Origin: Eledone cirrhosa
Taxonomy: Eukaryota
Assembly: GCA_964016885.1 (NCBI GenBank)
Contig: OZ024743.1
Span: 261,392,001 to 261,456,000, forward strand
Direction: 5' to 3'
DNA length: 64,000 nt
Part shown: in pieces, positions 24,215 to 35,460 of the stretch
Position numbering within the stretch: position 1 is the stretch's first letter
Layout: every line of letters starts with the position of its first letter
Program-made: the position numbers and the translations under genes
Notes under the pieces: generated by a model
The model's input: only the letters and a program-made list of their open reading frames with translations
What the model was told of the DNA's origin: nothing
Database searches by the model: none

Positions 24215-24879
24215 TATACATTTCAGTTGTTTTGCATCATGTAAAAGTTACCCCGTTATACAATGTTTTGTCTTATTATTTTTTTCTGTGGTGATTTCTA
24301 CTGATATATTGTAAACAGTGCATACCATCTTATATGATAAAAACACTTTAGAAGCAGCGATTTGGCTGCTAATTCTAGCAAGTCGAGTTATTTCGTGATT
24401 GTCATGACCTATGCTGTTAATTAAATCACCCAGGTGACAGAAGCAATAAACTACCTCTAGCAAGTCGCCTAGACAGTTGAAGGAATTCATTTTATAATTG
24501 CTCTTAATGCAAACTACTCCTAGGCCTTGCTACCAGATTGTTTGTGATCCCACTGCATCTTTTGTGTGTACCCATAGTTTAAGCCCAAACTGCCATATAA
24601 TTTTACTATCTCTTGGTCTATGTTCATAAACACAATATATTTATAAGAAGATAACACGTGTCACAACAAGAGGAGTTTCCCTCTAAGAAATTTTTAGGTA
24701 AGCCAACACACTCACAGCATTGGAATAACCAAATATCTTCACAGGCATCCTCTTGATGATGCTTGTTTGGGGTGGGGTGAGGTGGGAATCCTCCGATAAG
24801 AGCAAAAGATAAGACCATCTGTCTTCTTTTCATAAACCCTAGTCAATCCAGAATTGTCAGAATATTAATTTAAACCACA

Positions 24880-27350
24880 GCCTGCTTGATAATTAGGCTT
24901 CCACAACATTTAAATCCATCGCAAAACTCATGCAATGAAGAGATGGAGCTCTTCCAAACTGAGTAGGTCATCAATGTTGGCCACTGGCTAAGCATCAACC
25001 TAATCCCCAAAAATTTTTGCATTAGCAGAAAGTAAATGACACCTTGAGAATTGGTCAGATTGATGAAAGAGAAAGTTGAAAGTGTCTCTCAAACATAAAT
25101 TGTCCCAGACTCTCTACTTCAGACGATCTTCCTCTGCATCAGGAACTAACGAATCCAGCTTCATCCACCTCCCTGTGTGAGCTAGTCCATGTTGGAAAGG
25201 AGAGTTACCCACCAAAGGGTAACAAGCATGAATGGAAGAATGAACGCAAGAAAGAGACAGAAATGAGCATTTACGCATACCTAGCCCCCCACACACACAT
25301 ACACACCCCAATCTTTTGGGCAATGCAGCCAGGTCACAGGACTCTGGAGAAAGTCTGATATTAACCAAGTATTTAAATTTACCAAAGATTATGTCATCAA
25401 AATGTTGGAGAGATGCTGAGAATCTATAGGAGTGACTGAGGGACTGACTGAGTATATAAAATAACTTAGGAATCGACAGGTAATTCCTAAGTATAAAAAA
25501 GAAACTTGATGCAGCTGAGTTGCTTCAATGGTTTTTAGTAGTTACTAGGTTTGCCATCTTGGGGAGAAAGATGGACTTGAAAGCTAGATCATAATTGGGA
25601 CACCAAGAAGAGAGGGACCTCAAAATAGGGAAGTATTCAGTGAACATGTCTACAGTTGGCTGATGTGAAGCTGGGTGGTTAAGGACTCAGAGGCAACATT
25701 TAGAACTGTTTAACATGGAGGCCCTGCAACGGTTCTTTAATCATAGTCTTTGCAGTAACAAAGAGCTTATATGAGCCTCCCCCCACTCACTCTTAGCCTT
25801 TTAGGATTTAAACTGGCTAGAATTCTCTCACCTCTTTCTACTGAAACTGGCCATAACCAGCTGCTCATACTTATATTAAGGTATTGTTCTCAAAATAAAT
25901 AATATCAAAATCTTGTAGATTTGATATTATGTGAGATAAAGCCTTTCCCATGAAAATACAATAGTAAATATAGAGTAATGTAAATGCTAAAGGGTTAAAC
26001 AAGCATTATGAAGATATCAGACATTCAAATACAAGTCAAGCCCTATCTTAGTAATGTCATCAATACCCAGTGTCAATAGGGCAGGCCTGAGTGAGTCGCC
26101 TTGTTGGATAGGATGAATTGGTCACCCAAGGGGAGATAGGAAGGCTCCTAATAGGCCTGCCAAGCTCTAGAACCCTCTCCTTCACTGAGCTGAGGAGGAC
26201 ATCACAACTGGTGGAATTGAATGCATTCCTGAGATCAAATTTGAGGTTAACTTTGGGATTCTTCGAGGGCAAGTTGCTGAAAGTTCTTTTGGTGTGGACA
26301 GCTGCCTGACAACCTAGTTTGATATCCACCCCCAACTGAATAGGGGGAAAATTCTGCTAACAGGCTGTCTAAGATCATTAACAAACAGTCTTTTGCTGCA
26401 GACCGTCACAAAGTGCACCTGACTACAATGGGGTGGAGGTCACCATTGGACTTTACAAGACCGAACAATTTAGCACTGAATAGCATGGGGTAAATAAAGG
26501 GGAAGATACTCTCAAACAAGAATATGTTCATGAACTAAGTGGGATTCTTCAAGCACTCGAAGCTGGCATCACTGGCTAATAGGGAGATACTATCTTTAAG
26601 ATGCTGGAATTGTAGAGCATTAATCCAAGCATCAGAACCTACAGCAAAGGATGCAATCACCTTTCTGGTGTTATCAGGAGTGAAAACTGGTCTTAAATAA
26701 CATAGTGGCTTGAGCCAATGTAAACAGTCATCTAAAGGGAACAAAAGATGTCTGATATCTTCATAACAAAAGATGTTACTCTCTTAATCAGTAGAGGGAC
26801 TCTGGGCAAGGGAGGGAAAGAAAGAAAACAAGCAGCCCCTTTAATGTCAAATTTGGTAGTGACAACTTTCTTGAGGTTTGGAGATCACCGAACATTAGAA
26901 AGGAAGTTGACCTTTGACCTGAGATGAATGGTGGATGTGGTGGATTGAAACTGTCCTTTTAGAGATGTGAGTGAACTGGCTTTCATGTTAGGCATATGGA
27001 AAGTAGCTAGAGGGCATAAGAACAAATTTTGCTAATCTGAGGTATTGTTGGAGAGTCATGTGTTCTTTAGCTGTTTAGAGAAAGCATGGGTAAAACTCTT
27101 GCAAGCTTCCTTTGGATAGGCTTCATCTTGAATAAACCCCACATCGTAGAGGAGGCCAAATCCTCAGCAGGAAGCTGGTCTCCAGAAGAAGGTTTGGCCC
27201 TGCGAAGTATGTCAGAATTGAAGTGTTATTGGTTACAAGACTGGTTTGTAAGATTTCCTGCTTGAACCATAGTTATAGCCACATAGTTCCTATGATAGCT
27301 TCTGCAGCACAAGAATTCCTCCCCACACTTTTGGCCACTTCTCAGGTGGC
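24880..27350 (-). mobile_element. Old, near full-length CRE-clade element, interrupted by a piggyBac-like MITE (about 25795-25995); an inverted 3' piece lies at about 27360-27750
   Basis: LPKRLG..GGLGMRKCS (25114-25368), GCQAAVH..LKFDLRNAFNS (26060-26335), and PPHCSQVHFVT remnant near 26405-26440. Confidence 0.7.
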
Positions 27351-28331
27351 TGTAGGCTTCCATATTCTTTCTCGCTTGTTTTTGCTAGATTTACTCAATC
27401 CTAGTTTCTGCTTCCACATGTGGAACTTTTCCTCTAAGATGGTCTTTACCTTTACTCTTGGATAAGAGGTAGATGTCTCATTTGTGACACTACAGTTAGT
27501 GAGTCTTTTGCCCCTTAACACATCATAGATGCTGTAGCAAAATGGGATGTCACTGCATCCATAGCCAAACAGAATAACATTTTAAAATACCAGGAATTAT
27601 TGGTCAACTATTTTTTCATCCCATTGTGTCTAAGATGTTTAGGAAAACTGGGCCTCTGACAATGAGGTTTTTGTTGTTGTTGGTGGTGTGCCTATGAGGC
27701 TGCTGGGTTATTCCAGCGAATGCTACCCATAACAATGGCTTGTTTCAAATTCCTTGTTGTGGTGTGTGATTGAGTGTGTAATTCTTCTTGCACTTTTTAA
27801 AAAATATAAGTTGTTTATCTATATGTATAATTATATGAAATATATATTAATTGTGGTATATATATATATAATTAGAAAGTGAACAACACAAAATATAACT
27901 ACTCCATTACCAAAGGTTTCTGGATCCTAGACAGTATTAACATACGTCTGGATCATTCATGAGACAGAGATGTTATGGATAGAAAATATGAAATGAGATT
28001 TAAAATCTGTTAAAAATTAGAAGTGAGACTGGAAAATTAACAGAAAATATACATGAGAAAAAATATATAAAAGAGTAAGAAAAATAATATATAGAAATAT
28101 ATAGAAAAGTCGTGTATATACATATACACACACATACGCACATTCAGATATAAGTGAAATATATAAATGGAAAAAATGAAACAAAATTTCATTTCTCACT
28201 CTTAGTACGGCTGTTACTTAAATATAAGTATGCATAACGTACATACATATATATATACAGACGTACAGTAGTCTGTATATATATACATACATGCACATAT
28301 ATATATATGTACGTATGGATTTACCAAACAT

Positions 28332-28734
28332 TTATTATAATGCTCGGTTTGTTTGTAAACAAACATCCCGAATTAAGCCGTACAGTGTTTAGCAACCATC
28401 GTTGCCCTTTTGTTCAACACTGACAAAGGAACGATGTACTAGTTTCAAGCTTATTAGCTATCGTTTCCATTTATCGTTTTCGGTGCACCTGGTCGATTAA
28501 CTTATTCGATATGCAAATTAGGCTGCTCAGCCGTTAATATGCATAACAAAAGTATATACTTTCAGACGTTCAATCATCTGGCAGGAAGGTATACGGTGCT
28601 GACGATAGCTAATAAGCTTGAAACTAGTACATCGTTCCTTTGTCAGTGTTGAACTAAAGGGCAACGATGGTTGCTAAACACTGTACGGCTTAATTCGGGA
28701 TGTTTGTTTACAAACAAACTGAGCATTATAATAA
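28332..28734. repeat. Foldback element: 133-bp inverted arms (28332-28464 / 28602-28734) around a 137-bp spacer, next to TA-rich microsatellite
   Basis: Arms are reverse complements with 2 mismatches (hand count). Confidence 0.95.
28594..28634 (+). ncRNA. Minimal type I hammerhead ribozyme motif
   Basis: CGGTG-CTGACGA-T-AGCT-AATA-AGCT-T-GAAA-CTAG-TA-CATCG: intact core, 5-bp stem I, 4-bp stem II, palindromic stem III (ACTAGT), GUA cleavage triplet ending at 28629. Confidence 0.8.
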
Positions 28735-28993
28735 TTACATGCTTCATTTTTACATGGAAAAATATTGAATTTTTATAATAAATATTTATTAAAATATTAA
28801 CAGAGAAAATTAGATTTTTGATTTATTTTTTTAACAAAATAAATATTTATTTACAGTTTTTCACAGAAAAACTATGCTTCATTTTTACATTTTTAACAAC
28901 AGAAAAAAAATTTATTTAACAATATATTGTTGCGATATACAGTATTTATTTTCTTTAAACAATATATTGTTGCGATATACAGTATTTTTTTCT

Positions 28994-29205
28994 TTAAACA
29001 ATATATTGTTGCGATATACAGTTTAAAATTTTTTCGAAACATTTACCAGTTGGATACGTGGCATTGCGCCATCGCCACTCAAACTCCCTTAAATACAACT
29101 GAAATAGTGGTCGGCTGGTACCATTGATGCGTTTCAGTTTTTTTTTGGCATGAGACCACATCCCCTCAATATTTTGCATGTGTGTACTTGATATGGGATC
29201 AACGA
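28994..29205 (-). mobile_element. Merlin (IS1595/ISXO2-like) transposase C-terminal fragment
   Basis: HFVDPISSTHMQNIEGMWSHAKKKLKRINGTSRPLFQLYLREFEWRWR. Three tandem copies of AACAATATATTGTTGCGATATACAGT span the stop (28918-29022). Confidence 0.8.
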
Positions 29206-29206
29206 A

Positions 29207-29763
29207 ATGCTGCAAATGATTGAGCAGCTGATTGAGAAAATTCCCAGTAAAGAGCACATCTTCAAATCTATCGACCGGACATCAGATCCCGACAATATCG
29301 TTAATTATCCGGTTGAGTTATTAAATTCCCTTGAGCCTCCAGGGCTCCCACCTCACATTCTTAAGCTTAGGGTTGGCTGTCTCATTATGCTAATAAGGAA
29401 CTTGCGCCCACCAAAGCAGTGCAACAGTACTCGCATGGTCGTCAAGTCAATGACGCCCCACTTGATTGAGGCCACCATTGTAACAGGGTGCGGGAGAGGG
29501 GAGAATGTTTTCATTCCAAGGATGAACCTTTACCCATCGGCGTCAGATATCCCGTTCGATTTCCAGCGATCCCAATTCCCGATGAAACCATGTTTTGCCA
29601 TGTCCATTAACAAGTCACAAGGGCAAACACTGTCGGTGGCGGGCATCCATTTGGGGGAGCCATGCTTTATGTTGCCTGTTCCCACGTAGGGAGCAGGAAT
29701 GCACTTTTTGCTTACACTCCTCAAGGGATGACACGCAATATCATCTACAAAGAGGTGCTATAG
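29207..29763 (+). mobile_element. Helitron PIF1-type helicase C-terminal fragment
   Basis: YPVELLNSLEPPGLPPHILKLRVG..IMLIRNL, VFIPRM, QFPMKPCFAMSINKSQGQTL, and terminal TRNIIYKEVL* in a shifted frame; motif VI region deleted. Confidence 0.9.
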
Positions 29764-30459
29764 ATGTTGGTGGAGGTGTTGGAGCTATGCCGTCTGGAAA
29801 ACTATTTCCTGGTAGGGTCACCCATGGCAGACAGATGTGACAGCCAGGGCCACCATCTTGCAACTTTGGTCTGCTAAATTCGCTATTGGAAGATTATTAA
29901 CCCATCATTGATTGTCCAAAATGCTAATTGGTTCGTAACTTTTAATAACACCTGGGGCCTAGTGTAGCTACGTTCCTAGAGTACTCAGAAAAATTAATTT
30001 CCATTTCTTTCGCTGGTTGATACCACTCGGAACTGGCTGACACATGGTTAGGAGATGCTGGCTGGGATTCACATTCGAAGGCTTTAATCTTTATCTCACC
30101 CTGATATCTTATCGAGATTAACTTTTTCATATAAGACTCTCTCTGTAAGTTCATTAAATAATTTTTTTAATTTATTTTCCAATTTTCAATTTATTATTTT
30201 TTAATTTAATTTCATCCTATAACTCGTAACAAGTTTAACGTTCCAAATTTCTGTTCACACATTAGACCATACAGACACCCATTATATATGCCTTTGTTAA
30301 AATATAGATTCTTTAGAATAACGTTTTTTGCAGCGTTTTCTAGCTTGACGGTAGTGTGACCCTTACGCTGACTTCTTTCTTTCTTTTTTTTTCTTTTTTT
30401 CTTTTTTTCTTTTTTTCTTCTCTCTTTCTTTCTTTCTTTCTTCCCCTTTTTTATTCTTT

Positions 30460-30900
30460 GACGGAGAGGTGGTAGTACATTATAAGCCTTCGCCCCCTCA
30501 CCAGATGGTCATTAGCAGATCGAGTTGCCATCACTTTGAGGGCGACTGGCCGAGGTGAAGACAGCTAGTTGGTCAGTCGTCCTCTCTGTCTCTGATTTTT
30601 CGGACCCATGGTTTTTACATATTCCTTTGTTATATTTCGAATACCTGATGATATCACCGGATTCATATGGAGCCCGGTCATTGAAATGATCATAGTATAA
30701 TAAACCTTTCAAGGATTTACACCAGTCCAGCCTCCTGTTATTTTTATTTATAATTAACTCCATATTCGCACCACCAACTACACAAACGAAGACGGGTGAA
30801 CTGCACTACGTTGAGTACTCTCCATAATATTACACCAAGATTGACCATACGGAATGACCAATTCTATCCAGTGGTGAACCAACATACCTAAAGAAATATA
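30460..30900 (+). mobile_element. Penelope-like pLTR/tail fragment ending in (TA)n; 3' part repeated at 53452-53645
   Basis: Hammerhead motif followed by AATAAA (30699), then about 190 bp shared with 53452-53645. Both copies end at TA microsatellites. Confidence 0.6.
30641..30698 (+). ncRNA. Minimal type I hammerhead ribozyme motif with long stem II
   Basis: ATAC-CTGATGA-T-ATCACCGG-ATTCATATGGAGC-CCGGTCAT-T-GAAA-TGATCA-TA-GTAT: intact core, 4-bp stem I, palindromic stem III (ATGATCAT). Confidence 0.75.
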
Positions 30901-30914
30901 TATATATATATATA

Positions 30915-31210
30915 TAGAAGTGGTTACACAACAGTTAGTTCACCATACCGAGAACAATTGTTTTACCTTAGCGGATCCTCAGCTCTAGAAAGAAAGGGTC
31001 TCAAAGTCAACCTGACAAAGACTAAGGTCCTTGTAAGTAGATGAGAAAACAGAACCCAGATCCCTCCAGGGAAATGGCCTTGTTCAGTATGTAGGAAAGG
31101 TGTAGGTAGGAACCTGTTCCGTATAACCATGTCCATTACGAGCTGAGGATCCACTAAGGTGAAACAATTGTTCTCAGTATGGTGAACTAACTGTTGTGTA
31201 ACCGCTTCTA
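30915..31210. repeat. Foldback element: 71-bp arms (30915-30985 / 31140-31210) enclosing an internal RTE fragment
   Basis: Arms are reverse complements with 4 mismatches. The spacer encodes [42 protein letters not shown], as in the RTE at 42906-43349. Confidence 0.92.
31140..31175 (+). ncRNA. Minimal type I hammerhead ribozyme motif (inverted copy at 30950-30985 has G12->A)
   Basis: GAG-CTGAGGA-T-CC-ACTAA-GG-T-GAAA-CAATTG-TT-CTC; palindromic stem III (ACAATTGT); short stems I and II. Confidence 0.7.
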
Positions 31211-31422
31211 CCTAACTCATCCCATGGACTGAGTGCTCTACCACTACGGATATTACCTTCCAGTGTTCTACCACTATATATATATATATATATATATCTA
31301 TATATATATATTTATATAAGCAAAAGTTTAACAAGGTTCATTGATTAATCAATGAATAAAGTTTTACAATAGATTAGAAGCACTCAACAGTGGTATGTCA
31401 GACATCAATTTATTTTATCTGA

Positions 31423-31590
31423 TGGACCATAACGCACCAAAGTACTCAATACTTAGAGTAGTATGAACAAGTAAGTAATAGGAACAAGTAAGTGGGTAAT
31501 AGAAACAAGTAAGACTCCGACGGCAAAGCATCCAGAATTAGCCGTCGAAACGGCTTGAGCTCTGCCGTCGGAGTCTTACTTGTTCCTACA
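31423..31590. repeat. Short foldback element abutting (TA)n, family of 3190-3343
   Basis: AACAAGTAAGACTCCGACGGCA ... TGCCGTCGGAGTCTTACTTGTT inverted repeat. Confidence 0.8.
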
Positions 31591-32649
31591 TATATATATA
31601 TATATATATATGCACACACATACACGTACATATATATATATTATACACATTATATATATATGCCAACTACATTGTTTTCAAGTATAGTCATCACTTATTT
31701 TTCAAAGATGCTTCTACTTGTGTGTAGCACGGATGTGACATTTTAGTACACAAGTGTCCTACTTTCTCTAGCATAGGCATTGGTGGCTTGTTACTATGTA
31801 CGTTTATGTGTTGCTGATTGACAAACTTTACCACATTGGTAACAGACTGTTATGCACCATCATAACATTTGTAACAGACTATATGCACCATCATAATCTG
31901 TAACATCCCTTTGTACATGGTTCCTTTTGTGACTCTTTAATCCAGATTTGCAGGAGCAGACTCTCCTACATTCATTGCATGTCAGTCTTCCTTAAACACC
32001 CATACTTCCTGATAGTTCCACTTTTAAGCCCTTCCTCATATCCCTTTTTAACCTTTCATAATTTCTTCAAGTCAATTCAAAGTGTACTTTCTCTTCATAT
32101 AAAGCTTCCCTCTACCAATTTTAATCATTGGTAACAAAGATGGTTTTTTTTCACAGTCCTTGAACCTCAACTTAGTTTTATGAGGTGAACGTTTGCCATT
32201 CCTCAGTTCACCTCAGTTCAAGAAGTTGTTTCAGTTACCTACAGTATTCCATTCTCACTACATGTCCTACCCATCGAAGATGGTACTGCAAGCTGATCAA
32301 CTCAGTACTCAGACAGTGACTTCTTTCAAAGACCTCAACATCACTTATATCTTCCAGTGTAGGCTCAAGGTTCAATGGAGGCACTGCTGGCGAAAGTGCT
32401 CCAGCAGTTTTAGATGCTTCAAGAAAATAACCCACTTCTCACAATTGTATAATAGAAATGACAATACACAGATCATGTAGATCTTAACTTTAGTATAAAT
32501 AGAGATACTCTGCTGAGACCATAGTCATTTTTCTAACTCTCTGAAAGCGTCACTAGCTTTGCTAATTCTTAATGATGGTTGTTATATCATCATCATCTTC
32601 GTTTAACATCCGTTTTCCACGCTAGCATGGGTTAGACGGTTATATATAT

Positions 32650-33358
32650 ATATTTTTTTTTTTATTCTTTCAGAAGGATATATTCCTTTAATGTTGCAAT
32701 ATTAAAGAAAATATAAAGGAAGGGGTGGACAACCGAGCCACCATCAGAGGAAAAGACAGCAGCGTTGTGAGGAGTACTGGGCAACCTCTCTAATGATTTT
32801 TGAGGCAAGCCAGCACACTCACAGTGTTGCCTCGGGTGATGGCTAGGCTGATGCGCTGGAACAACCAAGCGCCCTACGAGATTCGCCAGTTACTTCTATT
32901 AGGCGAGCTGCCAGTGAAGAGAGGAAAGCCACAGGCTGGAACATGTAGTTGGCCGACAGATCACAGTATTTGAGGGTCTTGCTCCGCTCGGCTGTGGAAG
33001 CTGTGGCTCTCGTCCTAACCGCAGCATCCAGGATGTGGGAAGAAGCAAAAGAGTCACTAACAGTGACATCCCAGACAAGGCACAGGGTAAGGCTGTCAGG
33101 TCTTTTGACATCACTTCTAGACAACCTAGATGGTTCCGAGATTGAGGGGATATTCGCCCGGGCCAAAGCTCTCTTGAGAATGAGGTTTAGCTCCATGTGA
33201 CGCGTGAAGTAACCGGCATTCAGGTGGCAAGAAAGACCGTGAAGACCTGGCGAGTTGAGGAGTTTGCCGCATCGACACCTCAAACCCATGCAGACGTCAG
33301 CTCGACTCATCCAGGCTGAGTAGGCCACCAACATTAGCCACAGGTAGGGCATCAACCC
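32650..33358 (-). mobile_element. CRE-clade element 3' end
   Basis: CRCG..HGLSC..RHMELN, EPSRLSRSDVKRPDSLTLC.VWDVTVSD and FQPVAF. Confidence 0.88.
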
Positions 33359-33452
33359 TATATATATATGTATGTATGTAAAAGGTAAACAGAAATAACA
33401 ACACAATCGGTACAGTATATGGAAGGAATATGAAATAGCAGGAAGAGGGTTT

Positions 33453-33481
33453 TAACGTTTCAGATGCTAGTCCTTCGTCAG
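33453..33481 (-). ncRNA. Penelope-type minimal hammerhead core (second family); decayed copy at 62657-62685
   Basis: Sense CTGACGA-A-GGAC-TAGC-ATCT-GAAAC-GTTA. The copy near 62670 reads ATGAAGAACTAGCGTCCAAAATGTTA, implying an ancestral GGAC/GTCC stem II. Stem I is poor. Confidence 0.55.
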
Positions 33482-34654
33482 AAGAAAGAATGAGAAATAA
33501 GATAGATTGAAGGGACGGGCAGGGTGGAATTGGAAAAAATGTCTTTAGATAAAAATAGCAGGTCCATTATATATATAAGAGAGAGAGGGAGAGAGAGAGA
33601 AGTGTGTGTATATATATGTTTGGATGTATATCTAGTGTTTGTGTGATGATAAATTGCACCTAGTACACTGTAAAGTTATTGGCATAAGGAAGGGCATTCA
33701 GCCTGAGAAGCTATGCCAAAATATGGGATGTATGAGCATGATATAATTATCCAACCATGTTTAGTCTAAGACTGTCACAACCCAGTCAACCTATGCCAGC
33801 ATGGAAAAGAGATAGAAAAATGATGTACATGTGTATGTGCATTATAGTATTGTATACTCATGGAATAACCAAATTAGGTTTATTTTTCAACATAGTCACT
33901 GGAAAGAAACAATGCAGTTATTAATAAGAAGAGTTGAAATTAATGCATGCAAGATTTCACAGCTCTAGCATCACTCCTTCATAATCAGCCTATGAACTTT
34001 TCAGCCTACCTTTGTGTTATCCACATGTGTAAATGCTTGGTTGCTCATTGTCCAATGAAAACAAATGTTATATTTATCAGCTAGTTTAGTGAGCAATCAA
34101 AACACTGCTCTGCTATAAATCCTGGATGCGATACAGAATTGCTGTTTAATTATATATTTGCCTTTCACCCAGTTTCACATAACTACAGACTGTCTTTGAT
34201 AAATTGACACATTTTTTTCTAACAATAGAGTTGGATTAGAAAAGCTTTTCTATCACCCTCTCCCCCTCTCTTCTCTCTTTCCTCCCTCTGTTCCATCACT
34301 CTCTTTCTTCAATCTCTACCATCTCTTCTCCCCCTATCCCTTTCCTCCACTTTTCCCTTCTAAAGAATGTTGCATTAAAGTTACCGTGACTGATAACCTC
34401 TACAAAGTATTTTGGAAATTCAACTGTACTTATCAGCATCAAGAACATGATCTTGGTCACGATCATTCAACAACACCGTTATTATCAACATCAACATGTT
34501 CTTCGTCAACTTTATCATCATCGGCATTATCATCATTTTACAAAAGCTTTCTATGCAGGCATGGGTTTGACAGGTCAACATCGTAGTGACAAGACTGGTC
34601 ATACAATCCATTTTCGGCAATGGTATCTATGGTTGGATGCCCTTCATAATGCTA

Positions 34655-35130
34655 ACCTCCTTACAGAGTGTACTGGGTACATTTTATGATGGCACCAACA
34701 CTACCATTTTACAGTGTACTGGGTGTATTTTATCATGACACTAACACTACCACTTTACAATGTTCTGGCTACATTTTATTGTGACACTAACACTACCACT
34801 TTACATAGTGTACTGGGTATGTTATATTATGGCACTAGTATTACCATTTTACAGAGTCTACTGGCTGTATTTTAATGTGACACCAGCACTGCCACTTTAT
34901 AGTGTACTGGGTACATTTTATTGTAACACAAATACTGCCACTTTTCAGAGTGTACTGGGTGTATTTTATCATGACACCAACACTACCACTTTAAAGAATG
35001 TGCTGGATGTATTTTATTGTGGCACCAGTATTACCACTTGAAAGAGTGTACTGACTGTATTTTATTGTTGTACCAGTACTACCACTTTACAGAGTGTGAT
35101 GGGTATATTCTATTGTGGCACCAGTTCTAG
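34655..35130 (+). repeat. About 41-43 bp minisatellite (about 11 units) inside an RTE/SINE 3' UTR; related arrays at 44895-45370 (inverted), 46810-47340 and 51240-51345
   Basis: Unit resembles ACCACTTTACAGAGTGTACTGGGTGTATTTTATTGTGGCACCAGTACT, preceded by GGATGCCCTTC.TAA as in RTE 3' UTR copies at 48215 and 63285. Confidence 0.9.
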
Positions 35131-35270
35131 AGTGGTTGTCAAGTCCTTGATATGACCAAAGAGCCTCTCCTACTCTACATTGTCTCAGTTTGATCATCAA
35201 CCACTTTACAGTGGATAATTCCAGCACAATACCAGTACTTTATTGTATCATATATCATACTATTATATCA

Positions 35271-35460
35271 GGCGGTGGATTGGCAGTATCGGTAGAGAGT
35301 CGGACGCCATGCTTTGACACATAGAGTTACGCCCCTTGCCATTCTGAGTTAAAATCCTGCCGAAGTTAACTTTGCCTTTCATCCTTACGGGGTCGATAAA
35401 ATAAAGTACCAGTAATTCACTGGGTAATTGCTGGCCTTGTGCCATAAGTAGAAACAAATA
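35271..35460 (+). mobile_element. tRNA-derived SINE, full-length sense copy
   Basis: A box TGGCAGTATCGG, B-box-like GAGTTAAAATC, and family body GCCTTTCATCCTTACGGGGTCGATAAAATAAAGTACCAG. Confidence 0.85.

Noticed and set aside
30230-30310. Helitron-like 5' end (minus) near the helicase fragment; a similar end at about 41810
   Set aside because: Orientation is opposite to the helicase fragment and no matching 3' end could be assigned, so no complete element is claimed.
34655-35130. Regularly spaced repeats resembling a CRISPR array
   Set aside because: Units are contiguous degenerate tandem copies with no unique spacers, there are no cas genes, and the context is eukaryotic.
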